64,000 nucleotides of DNA from Catajapyx aquilonaris (Eukaryota): the NCBI GenBank assembly GCA_000934665.2, contig KZ537971.1, forward strand, positions 124,001 through 188,000, given 5' to 3'. The translations under genes were made by a program, and so were the position numbers. Shown here one piece after another: positions 39,301 through 52,800 of the stretch; positions within the stretch are counted from its first letter, which is position 1; each line of letters begins with the position of its first letter. The notes under the pieces were generated by a model that saw only the letters and a program-made list of their open reading frames with translations, searched no databases and was not told the DNA's origin.

Positions 39301-42300
39301 AGGAAGACTATTCCGTTCCTCATTCCACGGTTCGACAGGATAATCATGGCTTCATGGGTACCATATAATCCCAGAGAAACGCGACTTTTTTTTGTTGACG
39401 TGAATGAGTCAGCGGTGGAGTTTTCTGGGTTTTTTTACACTAATTCCATCCCCCATTTAAATTCTACTACCGTGTATTGTGTTGTTATCAGAACCATGAA
39501 GTAGATACCTTGTAAAACCATCAGTATACGATGATGAACATGTGACTTCTCTTACGCAAAATGGTTTATTACAATTCCATACGTAGCACCTCTTCTGCTC
39601 CTCTACGACGGAAATGAAGAAGAAAGTACGTAACTCTGAATTTCTGCCAAAAACCTCCGGGGAGATGCCCCACGAATGCAATAAATGAGCCAAGTACAAA
39701 AAAAGAGAAGAGTGTATTGGATGAGCGGGATGGGAACTCCTTTTGTGCCCAAACAAAGCCCAATCACGCGAAGGAGAGAAAAAAACGATGCGCTCTTGGA
39801 TTCAAACTGGTCTAAGTCACGACTGAAAAGCGGATAATCCTCAAGTTAAGCTGCACAGCGTTGCCAAGTAGTTTGCATTACTCTTACAGCTTCTCATGCA
39901 AGCTGTTGAGCCAAAAAGAGAACAGTCTTTAAGTTATCTTGAACTAATTTTAAAATATTATGGCTGTCCTGTCTTATGACCCTTACATTCTTAACTAATA
40001 ATAACTCCTCGAAATGTACTGAGCTATTATAATTATAATTATATTATTATTATAAATGGCATTACAACTAGTTAACCAATGGTTGAGACGTGCAGAGCTG
40101 GCTGTCCCAGAGAAGCAAAATTGCTTCGGAAATTAAAAACGTTCGAATAAGACGTTGAAGATATGATGGTCCTTGGTATGATTCATAACGTGGCCATAAG
40201 AAATATATGGGAGATAGAAATGAAATTCCTGTCCAATCAAGTCAGGGGCCATATGAGGGCCGTATTTGACGAAGGCACGGCCAGAATGGGATAGAGGGAG
40301 TCTCCTCCCTGCTATGTCCTAAAAAAAGGTGCAAGCCTAGAAGTGCAGTGCATGAAGCATGAGGCAAACCGCAGCGCACCTCCTGAATCCCCCCTAATCG
40401 ATGTGAGACTGGAAGAAGGTGCAGGAGCATCATCTCTCTCTCTCTCCCTCTCCCCTCCACCCTGCCTCTTCCCCCCACTCTGCCTCCCTCTACCTTCCCA
40501 CTCCCCTCTCCAATATTGCAAGCTCCGCTCACGTGCCGCCCTAACAACCTCCGTCCACATCCAGCATTACCGATGCTTCTCTCGGTATCCTTCCTCTTCC
40601 CTTCCTCCAAACTGAGTGTCCTTCTACCCCCCCCCCTCCCTCTCCCCACCATTGCCATCCAACACCTCCACAAAGTCGCCCAAGAAGTGAGCTGTTTTTC
40701 GATGAGGTTGGCTCCAACACTACCCCCTGCTCTATGCTGCCCAACACTTCCCTCCAAAATTCAGCTATTACTGTACAGTGTACCCACACTACTATGCCTT
40801 CCCCACCCACAGCTTCCTTGGGACATGCAAATGACTGGAATTTTAAGCGTGTACCTGTCACTTTGCGATGTACCATTTACGTGTGGCGTCTAACACCGAC
40901 ACCATCAAAATGGCTTTCTGATCCCCTAGAGAAGCTGAGGGCGAGCACCCACATTAGGGAAGGTCCTACAGCCACTCAAAGGAGGGTAATACAATGCATT
41001 TTAACCGCACTTTTTTTTTCCAAAGTTGATGCATTTTTTTTTTACATGTGAATGCTGATGATTTGGCGTCAACTTATTCAGAGTGATTCGGATCTGGCCT
41101 CACATAATTTGTCAAAAAATCTGAGACAACGAACTGAACATTTCGATAATTAATTCTAAGTGACACTTTTTTTTAAGTGATGGGGAGCCCGTAGAATTTA
41201 AGTTTGGATAGTCATTAGTGCTTTTATCGCATGTGGTTTGGGCATGTTTTAGTTCATTTTTTATGCAAACTACATTTGTACTGTATAATCAAGCTATTAA
41301 ATCACAGAGCCATTATTCGCTCATTGGGATTATTAAAATTTGTCTGCAAAATATTTCAAATTTCCGGGTAATTTTGCATTCATTTTTTTTAAACCGATGA
41401 TGCCATATCCGGATTTAGCATACTCATACCAACGCGGTTAACCCCTGTATCCTACATATTCGATAATTTTATTAATTTTGTCCATGTGTTTGCATAAATA
41501 TGATTTTAGGCTAACAGGCTGACGACTATACGCTACACGGAGACATGACGCGTAAAACTCCTTACACAACAATAACAACAGCCGGGAGAGAAAGAAACTG
41601 GAAGGAGATATCTTCACAGCATGTTGTGGAGTAACACAAAGGGTCAAAGCTGAAGAACTTTGATGTCCTGCAGCTTCAATCCTGAGCTCCCTATTGTTGT
41701 ATTAGTGGTTTACCGTGGCTTTTCAACGCTGTGCAGAGAGAAAGGTACAAAAAGGGCGATCCGGAGTAGGTTCGATTCCTGTAGTATACCGCGGCGCCGG
41801 TCCTCCACCAAGGCCTCGGGTGATTTTCCTATACATGGTGTTTAAGGCTAATTCCTCCAAACCCACAGGATTGCATCTCAGGAGAGCTCTTGAAGTTTAT
41901 AGACGGGTCACTTGGTGTACGCAGCAGCTGGTTACTGAAAAAGTGTTCAAACGCAGGTACGCAGCCCTTTTTGAGAGATTTTTAAGAATCCAGATTTTCA
42001 GATCAGCAGAGAAATTACTGCGACATTACCTGTAACAGTAAGCACTTTCTAATGGAAATTCCAGGCTGACTAGCCAATTTCAGTAAGCACTGTAAGCCTT
42101 GTCGTACAGTACATACTGTAATATGAAATAAGCCGCTATGTCTTATTCAGACGAAAATTAAGAGCGTGTACAGTAATGCAGACAGCCATTCGAAGCAAGA
42201 CGTCTTATTTCCATCAGCAAGTATACAGAATATGACTATTATTATTTTCTTTCTTGTACAGTGTAATCGGCTCAGCCTGACACATTCTACTAGGCTACAT

Positions 42301-44839
42301 GAATATAGGTCAGAAAAGAACGCTGTTACGCTCGTCGCACGTACAGTACAGTACCTGCTTAAAACGACGGTGTGGACAATACTAAAATAAATTTTTAATC
42401 ATTTAAAAAACAGATACTGTACAGTTCCCCAGTACGTGGCAAACCATGATCTATCTCCAAATTACGAAGACATAATATTTCCTTGTCGACTCCTTATTCC
42501 AACCGTAATTAAACGCAGCTAATAGCTACCGGATTTATTGTTAAGTCACCATTACCCTATACTCCATCTGTGAGGTATTGATGCGCAAACTGCTCATATA
42601 GCCAAGCTTACAAGAGCAGCATAACGACCGAGTTATTGACCAATAAACACGCCGTTTCAGGAAGGTCATTTTTGAGCGCTCTCCAAATTATGTTTCGGTA
42701 TTCATAATGCATCAAGTGTGCTGTACAGCACTTCGGCCTTTATGCCAGATTTATGCTAGTTCTCATACAGTATGACGGGACGTTTCATAGCCGAGGTGTT
42801 GCTGCAATATTTCAAATGAGAGGCATCACTACAGTACTCACATCTCTTCATTCCCCTCAACAAAGCTCCATGTACGCCTCCATGTACAAAGCGTAGTACA
42901 CGCACACGATGCACATGCACAAATGCAGAAGTTGGGGTTGAAACAGACGCTGCACTATTATTATTTTAATGAAACAGTATGTTGTAAAAATGTGGCTGCG
43001 ACACGGATGCAAGGTTGTGTTTGTAACGGCGAAAAGTCTACCGTGATCTAAGCAGTCATGTTGCATATAATACTGACGAGTGATATTCACAAGCGGCGAC
43101 AAACGCTGTTAGAGTTCCCATGCATAAATGGTCGCCCTCCTTCTAAGCACCTCTTTTCAACAATAAATACATCGTCATCATTATCATGATGTCAATCTGG
43201 ATTGTGCTTTACGAAGCTATGACATGCAAAAGGGGCTAATTCTAGTGCGGTTGATAACGTATTGCATCATATGCCAAAGTGTGGGAAGAAGGTGTGAAAA
43301 GGCAGTGACAATATTATATGAAGTAATAAGACGATAATATTTTAGAAAATACTAAAAAAAATGCATCGGAATTTTTACATTAATGTTTCACTGTCGAGTC
43401 CAATTTTAACAGAAAAACATTTATTCTCATATCGAGTTTTTTTTATACTTTATGCATGTGTATTTTCTGTTTCAGTGGCCATTTACTGTGAGTGTATCAT
43501 TATGCCTTCCGCAGGTCTACCCTTAGAAGCACGCGGGTGACAAACTGGGAAACAACAATGACCTACCCTAAATTACGTATATCCACTAGCCCGGTGGCCC
43601 GTAACCATCCCAGCGTCATTTGGCAGACATTACGCACTTGTAGCACGTGACTGTTTACACCGCACACACACTCTGGTCCCTTTTCATGGCGGCTGCAATT
43701 TCCCCCCCCCCCCCCAACTTCTTTGAGAGGAATGCTCCGTTGTAACTCTCAGAGCCTCAATTAATAATGGAATGGACATGCCTTTGTGGGGTCAATGGTT
43801 CCCCAAGTTTTCATTTAGGAATGACCCGGTGGAACTTTTTCACATGAAATATTTCTTTGTTTCCGAGGTCCCGCAGTGCTGTGTTTCCAGCGTCCAACCA
43901 CAAAATCACCCACCGTGGATATAATCCCCTCAGGCGAGTAAGTTAAGTAATTGTGCTGACAGGAGGGGAGGGGAGGGAGGGGGGAGCAACATGATCCAAA
44001 GTGACCTGCTGCGACAAACCAGCAGGCAAACTTCTCTATTCTGAACAAGTCTTAAGTTTTGGCTTCCTCTTCCAACATCTCCTTCGAATCGATAATCGTC
44101 GCCATGGAATCCGGGCGCTTATGAATTTCATGAATCCAGTCATCAAGTTTCTGCACTCGGAGAGTAAACAGCGGTAATGATATTTGAAAGTCTGCTGCTG
44201 TTGGAGTATGTTCGGTTCAGTTGGAGGGGGGGGGGGGGTTGGGGTTGATGCTTCGGGAGGTCGTTTTATAGGGTTGGAGCCTTGCATGCTAGTGTAGAGA
44301 ATTGCTGCACTTGGGATTCCAAATGTGGAGGACACGAGTGGTGTTGGGAGGTCGAGGTGCTATGGGCGGGGTGGAGAGAACCAGGGAGGAATTTTTCTCC
44401 CTTTGGTTCATCCACAACCCTTCAACCCCAGCTCTTTCCCTCCCTTCTCTCGAACCCCACCCACCAGCTGGCGGGGCGGTTTTAAAGTCGCATTTGTCAC
44501 CCGATGGAAAAGTGCGCCCCAGATCCTGTCGGGATCCTCGGCACTTGAACTTTGGCTCTCGACATGTGTACCAGTCTTTTCCGCATCAACCTCCTATACT
44601 TTCATCCGAAAATTATACGCCGCGACTTGCTGTCACGATTCCTAGTTACATTTCTATCAGCTGCATCACCATATCAAAAAAAAAAGAAGGGAAGCGCTCA
44701 GAACTTCGGTCGCGGCAGAGCAGTCAACATCAACAAGTCAGGTTCAAAATGTAGTCATATTTATTCTTTTGCGAAAAACCTCCGATGCTGGCAGCTGGTT
44801 AAAAAAATCCATCAGAGTGGAACAGTCAGTAAAATAAAA

Positions 44840-44840
<1 letters not shown>

Positions 44841-44897
<57 letters not shown>
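44841..44897. repeat. (ATT)19 microsatellite
   Basis: Perfect trinucleotide run; explains the poly-Y/I ORFs. Confidence 0.98.
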
Positions 44898-47293
44898 GCA
44901 CAGCTGCAGAGTAAATCGGTGGTATAGAGACGCATGACCCAGGAAAGAGACTTATAGCCGCCACTTTGGTATAACAGCTGTAGAGAAATGGCCTGATAGT
45001 ATAGTTGGCCCCAGTTGGAACATTTCTGATATTTGGGGCGTCATAACTCAAGAACCACTGAACTCTGAAATGTGAGGCAGAGAATTCTGGGCATGTTTTG
45101 TCAGAAGACGCCATATTAATGCCACACATGCAGTACACTAGGCCCTTTTACTGCTAGATATGAGGCCCACCTCACATAGTAAGCGAACGTGCATGCCTAC
45201 AGTATTACAGCGTGGCACGTACTAAAGTACCCGTAATACGCGCCAGTATTTCTTTGAAGATATACTCCATATAACCGGCGTGGCTTTTATCATCTTCTAA
45301 TGTGCTTAAATGAGACCAGTTTGCATCAGAGTTACTATAGTTTCATTCCTGGAAAGTCTGATTCTAAAATTTAATCAGCTCCTTCATAGCGCTTCCTCTG
45401 CACTTTGATAAGATTATAAGACTCCGGTGGAAAATTTTACGATTTGTCAACATGTGATACAAAAGTCATCTGACATAACGTGGCATATCCTTTAGGGCTG
45501 CTGGGAGCAGTCGAGGAAAAGTTTTCTGTTGTTGAATCGAGGGCAAAGACCAAAGACGCTGGTCGGTGACTGTAGCACTGCGCTACTGCAATCAATATAT
45601 CCGTGACGTCGGTAAGCTTCCCGTTCGTGACGTCACACAGCCAGCATCCACAGCTCATCTATTATACATGGAGAAGAAATCCGGGGGCCCTCACGTGCCA
45701 AGGCGGGGATGCTTTTGATAGCCAGTTTTTTTTTTCTTATTCCTTTTTCTATCTTTTTCCCCTCTTTTTTTATTTTATTCCAAGATTTCTGAGGGGAGTC
45801 ACCCTCCTCTGCTCGAACCTACTTTGGCGCCATCTGCTAGGAAAATGCATTAAGAGATAACTAAAAGGAAAGCCTGGAAAATCAGGAAGCATTGTTTGCA
45901 TGCAAGATTCGAACATAATATGAAAACGATTGCACAAAAATATTATTTTTTGGCATGTTTGTATGATGTATTTTAGTAGTCTTAATCTGGAAAGGCTGGT
46001 TGGGCTCCCAGCTCAGGAAAATAATCTTTCCAGTGCTGGCGAGAGTTTTGATAGAACCTCTGACATGTTTCTAGGCCACGTTTGATCTAGGTTTGTACTG
46101 TTCCTTCTCGCATGCAAAAATCCATACACATGGAGAGGTATTAAAGTAGGCCTACTTTTTCCTATATACCTTCAAGCTTATTTGGGGTAGAAAGAATATA
46201 TTATTACCTATAATAAAGAATACCCCAGAAAAGCCTCTCATCATATTGTCGTGGATTATTATTACTGTAAATACAGGCAAAGCAGGTTTTTAACAATTAA
46301 ATGCCACTTAACAGTTTTTCGCACTACAAAATTTGTCATCTATAAAGTCCTGGTGGTTCGTATTGTTTAATCCACACCTTAAAAGAAGCGAGAGAAAAAA
46401 TCGTTGTCGACTTTCACACGAAAGTGGAAAATGTTGCCCTGCACTCCGCAGTAGCACTTGCGCTACAGCTCAAATGTTTTAAATCCTGCCTTAAGTAAGT
46501 GCAAGAGTTAGTACACTGCCGTGGAAAAAAAGAGAGAGCCGTTTGAATGTACAACTCATGTAGTTGGCATCAATATTTGAGTGGTGGTGGATAAAGTAGC
46601 GTTCTGGGGAAGGGAATAAAAGTCGAGCTTGTCCCGGAAAGGGGACAAATTAACGTGAGTCCGGCTGCGGCAACAAAACATCTCTTCGGGGACAAATGCT
46701 GGAGTGTGCGGCCGTGGCCATCCATCCTACTTTCCACGTGTAAAACGGCCGTGGAGCCAGCGCAAGAAGGACTGTCCATTCGTCTCCTAGGCCTTTCCTT
46801 CCCTCTCCTCCTCCTTGCTGCCCCCCCATTCTACTATATATATAGTGTACCCTACTTCACTCAGCGGGGCTATGTCTCTGCCACCACGGCATTTACCATT
46901 TGCCTCCTTTTCTTGCACTTCTAACCGGGATTTATTATCGGGGAATTTTTTATGTGTGTCTCGGCTGAAAAGCCAGACACTGCGCTTGATTGCTTTGCTG
47001 AATATTTTGCTCGCCATCTACATTGTTTAAAACTAATTTACTAATTATGTGTACCGTGGCCCTTAACACTTAATTTCGAAAGTGCACCCTACTGCTAATT
47101 GAATGTTTTAATGCCTGCCTATCACCAATAGTGGTGTTTCTATTGTGGCTGTTCATAAAATATTCCATCAAGGCCAGCTTTAGAAATTAAATTAGATTTA
47201 GATGAACGCCCACGCACGCTTAGTCAGGATATACTGTATATAGTGTACCCAACATCATGCCATAGAACAACATACAGTAGAAGAATTCTACCT

Positions 47294-47479
47294 CTTTTTT
47301 TGCCAGTGCATTGTCTCAAATTGGGCCATGTGCAGTCCCCCAGGACAGGTTGCCAGACACCTCCAAGGTGCAGGTCAGAGTCCCTCCCGACGCAGGTGAA
47401 AGGTAACTCCTAGACGGGGATCGAACCTGGGACCTTTCACTCTGCAAGCCGAGACGTAACCATCTTACCACACCTCCCC
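47294..47479 (-). mobile_element. tRNA-derived SINE (family B), ~186 bp, full length
   Basis: 14-bp TSD with 1 mismatch (gaagaattctacct 47280-47293; gaagagttctacct 47480-47493). Minus strand starts GGGGAGG, with A box TGGTAAGATGG, anticodon-like arm (TTGCAGA; Cys/Ala ambiguous), B box GGTTCGATCCC and an A7 tail. Confidence 0.92.
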
Positions 47480-49661
47480 GAAGAGTTCTACCTTATTTAG
47501 CTCAAAACTTTCAGCAGGGTTGCATGAATTCATGTATACCACGCCCCTGAAGGTACTACTCGAATGTATAGGCTAGATCACAGGTTTCCTTTCACTTTAT
47601 GACCAAACAACTCCATGTACCGAATGACCACGTTTTAACTCATTATATGACATGAGAATATCATGAGAAAACTAGGAATAATCATGGAAACTATCTCATT
47701 CAAACCCTCACATTGATTTTTTTTTCAAACTGTGCTTATATTTTTCCTCTCCCATGTTCATTTGAATTATGGAATTCATTGCGATTTTGCCTCATTCAAT
47801 AAATGGTAGGCCTCTTTACAAGCGCGAAAACCAAATTCCAAATTAATAAAACCATCCAACTAATTGCACAGCTAGTTATTAATATCAGAGTGCACTCTAG
47901 CCACTCTATCATGGTAATGGTTTACCTAGCCGTCAATTGAACTTTCCATATCTAGTTTTCCCGAACATGGGCCGGACTCCAACTAACTGCAGCAGCAGTT
48001 CATTGATAAGGCCTGACACATTTAGAATTCTGATCTCCTATGAGAATCGCATTTGCAAAGATTTCCTGGGCTCGCTTCAGTGTTCCAAGCTTGTAAAATT
48101 ATTATTCAAATAGTCAATAGAGGACTCTTCGAAAATATTCTGTTTCAGTACAGGATTGTAAATTAGTTATCTTCAATAAATTTAATTTCTCTACATATAG
48201 CTTGGTGAAATATTTATTAGATGCTTGCTTTTCCCATTTCAACTTCAAACTCTGTTATCCTAATATGAATATTTCGACTTTAATCTGCACTTTTTTGGTG
48301 CTCATTAATAATGTCGAAAATTCACTGCATGCACTATAGTGTAGTTCCAACTCATAACCTTTTCCAACTAGGAGTATAGTCTGCGATGGAAAGGCAGAAA
48401 TTAGAAAGAAACAACGTATAACAAAAATCATCATGGCATCACTTGCATTATCTCATATCGAAACTGCACCACTTTCTAAGTAATGTAATCCGTTATGAGT
48501 TAACACAAAAAGATCAATATATGAGAATTAGCCCTTTACATCCGAGCCTGAAATGAAATCGTTACACTGGCATACAGGTCAAAAACCCGTGCCACAGATC
48601 CGTACGTGTCATCCAAATGGGTCATTAGTCACCAGGCAGAACTCGAGCGCTAGACCATCTGAGAACCAGTGAATTTCCCAGTATTTTTTTTTTTGCCTGT
48701 CTCCCTCCCACACCCATTGGCCCCTACCCCCTTTTTCGGAAACAAATTTCCCTGTCGTTGTCGGCACCCTTCCTTTGCTGGACCCCAACACCCACCAGAT
48801 GATGTATTATAGAAACCGGGTGAGCCCAAGCGCTTAAAGATCCACTGCAGCTTTCTTTTTAATCGAGTGATCCAGAGCTGCCGGCGTCACCTTGTCACCT
48901 ACTCCATCAATCACTTGCCCCGAAGAGAGAGAAAGAGAGAAAGGAAAGTAGAGAAGGAAAAAAAAACTCTACTTCTTCGATAAACGGCTGGGTATACCTC
49001 TCGGGCTGGCCCAATCCACCCAATCCTGGAGCTGGATCTTTCCAGATAAAGGAAAATATATATCTCAACCGGAGGATTACTTCAGCAAGTACAGCGCCAA
49101 CTAACCGTGGGAATAAGTTTGTGTGGCCCGGGACAAATCCGGGTTTTCCAGCTGCAGGGAAGGGAGCCCGTCCCAACCCCCTTAGGTATACACGAAGGGA
49201 CGCAAATGCCGAATAAATCCGATTGAGCGTTGGGAAGTTGGGTATTTCGCGAAGGGGAGGGGTAGGGGAGGGAAACACTGCCATGCAAACTTTCCGCCGG
49301 ATGAAAGGGGTCCAAAGTATTGTTTTCCACTACCTCACTGAAATATCAATTCGAGTCGCAGCGATCCGGAGAGAACCCACCTGGAATACATTGCGGAAGG
49401 AATCACGTTCGCTATTCAAAACCAGATCTACCGCAGACAGAGTTCACTAACTTCTTCGGGCAACTGTGGACATACGTGACACTCGCTTTCAGCCCGTCCA
49501 TTTATTTGTTTTGATAGGGAGCGTGGGAGGCGCTTCCAAACGGGGTTTCCCCCAAATCGCACTGGAGGGGTAAGCCTGTCGAGTTCAAATCTCGTCACAG
49601 ATTCTCTGTGCAGGAGTTGTATTTTTTTCTAAATTCATATCAAACGTTTCAAGTATTTGAC

Positions 49662-49819
49662 AATGCAAAATATTCAATTTTATTAGAATGCAAAATATTC
49701 AATTTTATTAGAATGCAAAGTATTCAATTTTATTAGAATGCAAAGTATTCAATTTTATTAGAATGCAAAGTATTCAATTTTATTAGAATGCAAAATATTC
49801 AATTTTATTAGAATGCAAA
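49662..49819. repeat. 25-bp minisatellite, 6 copies plus a partial copy
   Basis: Unit aatgcaaa(a/g)tattcaattttattag repeated head to tail with no spacers. Confidence 0.98.
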
Positions 49820-52800
49820 TGCAAATTGGTTAGTCAATCCACTACTTTGATATTAATGCTGTTTTTTTAAATGTCACTTGGAGTTAAAATGGAGCTATGA
49901 GTAGACACGAGGATTCGCCCTTCTATAGTACAGTGGTGAACTTTCGTCCCTTCGGTGCTTTCTTTGTCGGTCTGAAAAGGTCAAAACTACGTGAGAATAG
50001 GTCAGGAATATTGTCTGATGAATCGCACTTAGCTTCCGCCTCATTTCCCGGAGGTAAAGGACGATCGATTGATGGACATAGTTACACCCTGGGCATGTTT
50101 GTTTTGCTCCTCCTGCAGTTGACACGCCTATTTTAGTTTATGGAGTCATGTAAAACCGCGAGGGCTGTGTGACATGCATATTTCAATTTTATAACGGCCT
50201 ATACATACAATACAGAAAGCAAAAAATAGTTTTCCCTACTAGGACCGAACAACTAGTTAAATATCCGTTCATGTTCCTACTTATTGAAACTACTTCACAG
50301 TTTTGTTACAGCCATCGTGATACTGTATTAACATCGTTCACGGCTTGAATTAGTAAAATTATTTCAATATTTCATCTTGGTAACTATTAATTCAAGTGTT
50401 CTTATGTGCTGCTAAAATGTTACGGATTTCAATACTTCAGAACTTATATGAAAATTAGAATAGTGTATTGGGAGGAAATTGGAAAATTAAACGTAAATTT
50501 TTCAGTAAATGATATGGGTCTTATGACTGCAAAAAAATTAAAAAATGGCTAAGGAAAGTAGTAATATATGCACAGACCTATTATAAAATTACAGTACTTG
50601 GTACCATAGTAAGCTTTTTATAAAGTACCTAACATGCTTCCGTTGATCCCCAAAAGGTACGGTCGACAGGGTCTCTCCTCATTTTAAAAATTTCTCTGCA
50701 AAAAGCATGAGGGCTTGTAAAGTAGCTTTTTATGTACAACTAGTAAAACTGTTCATAATATTATGAAAATATAAACTACATGCACACACTTGATATTTAG
50801 TCATTTCCTTACCATCAGCTTCATGCACACATTCCCCCCATTCAGCATTATGAAGTAGGCTAACTGAACTAAAAGGCTGGGGCTCGAAACCTTGCTTTTG
50901 AGGGGGAAAAATCATTAAAATGGAGCCCACTCTTGCAATATTTAATGAGCGTCCAACAGCCTACCAAGTTCTCTCTTTTATCAACAGACAAGGCATGAAC
51001 CAACTAATGACCTTATTTTATTAAACTACGAAGGCATCAGCTCTTATCCTGACTGGGAAGGGCTATCCAAGTGCCACTACTATTCAGAGGGAACTCTAAC
51101 TAACAGGATAAAATATTTCAGGAGCGAAATATTGGCGCACAATAATCACGGCCGATTAATATTATCCGCATAATGATTTGAACCAGGACACTGCGTCTGC
51201 AAGAAGAGGGGGACGGAGGGGGCATGCATGGGGCGATTCGGTGAAAGAGAGATGGGGAGGAGATTGGGTGGAGAGGGAGGAAGGGGCTGGTGGTCTAGGC
51301 GCAAAATTCCTTCCTGTAGAAGCGAGGATCCGGGCCATTCCAACCGACCATTTTGGGTCCTAAGTGAGCCTGTCGAAAAGTTACCTCTCCATATCGACCT
51401 CCTCTCATGGAAAAGTTGGCGGCCCGAGAGAAGCTTCCTTCCATCCGCCCACTTGGCAGGGTATTCCCCCAACCCCGTTGTCCCCCCCCCCCTGCCTCCT
51501 CCCCTACCTCCTTTCTCCTCTTCCTACTCCTCCTCCCCCCATCCCCCCCATCACAACAGGCCTTTCCTGAACATGACAGAGCCCAGTAATATATGACGGC
51601 TTTTAAGAGTCCTCTTTCAAATTTCCAACTAGTTCCCTCTTTCAGCTCCGACGGAAACAAAACTAATAGTAAGCCGGGAAATTAATCTGCTTTATAACAA
51701 AAATACTACTCTTTTTATGCGGTTCGTGACAGTTTCTCTGGTTCGCCCATGACAAATCTCCAGAAAACAGACAAATCACATCCTACCCGCTTCTCCTTCG
51801 ACCTATTCAATGTATGTTATGTTCACGTTAATAGTTCTGACATAATTCTTCTCGGGACATATGAAAAAGTTAATCTGATCGTGATTATTACGTTACTTAC
51901 ATTTACTCGGAGGTGATGTGGTTGTCTGGCTGCGGCTTAAACCATTACGCTGGAGTGCTTCTCTATACTAGCTACACACTACAGTAATTACATTATCATT
52001 TGTGGTATTGAAAATAATGGTACTACTCTATACTCTCAAACAAATGCATCATAATACTGGTATTACAGTGCAATTTTGTGCGTACTATCACCATGAGTAA
52101 ATCACATATCTATTATACCAGCTAATTACAATGGAAACTAAACCACCCATTAATTTGGTTAAATTAATTATTATAATTACTTTCAATCGAGTTTTTGCTT
52201 CCCACAACACATGACTGTACGTGCCTCCTTTGATCCGGCCCAGTAAGTGTGTAATTGCAACACAAATAGAATGTATAGCACCGTTTCGGTAACGAGCTTA
52301 GTTGGAGATGCGAATCCGCGTATATGAGAAATGACGTTAATTCTGAATAGAAACTGAACCGTTCAATGCCAGAGGAGCTTAGCCTGTGCCGCTCATGCGC
52401 TAAACCACGGAAAAGAAAAAAAAAAGGCACAAAAAAAGTGCTCCTGAGCCTAATAAGCGGAGGACTTAAGACGGGATTAGGCTCAGGAGGAAAGTGGCGC
52501 AGTTGGACGCAACTGCGAAGCTGAGTAATTGTGTTTGCGGAAGCAAAGATTTCCGGGGCTTTAATTTGCGAAACAAATCGGTTCGCTCCGGCAGGAATTT
52601 ATCGATACAATAACTAAATCGGTGGGGGACTCGGAAAAGAGAATGGGAAGGAGGGGTAGGTGGGAGGGGGATGGGGATGGGGAGGGTATTGGGCGACACG
52701 GAGGTCCCCAGAAAAGGCAGAAGGTCGTTTGCTTATAATTAATGGTGCCCTAAACAAGTCGAGTCCTTTTCAAGAGGCTTGTATTATAGTCCAGAACATC

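Noticed and set aside
41768..41781. Isolated Pol III B-box-like aggttcgattcct (also gagttcaaatctc near 49581)
   Set aside because: No A box at proper spacing, no tail and no TSD.
47405..47479. Functional tRNA gene
   Set aside because: The acceptor stem does not pair, and the sequence is embedded in a TSD-flanked, A-tailed element, so it is a SINE head.
49662..49819. CRISPR array
   Set aside because: Repeats are contiguous with no unique spacers, there are no cas genes, and the context is eukaryotic.
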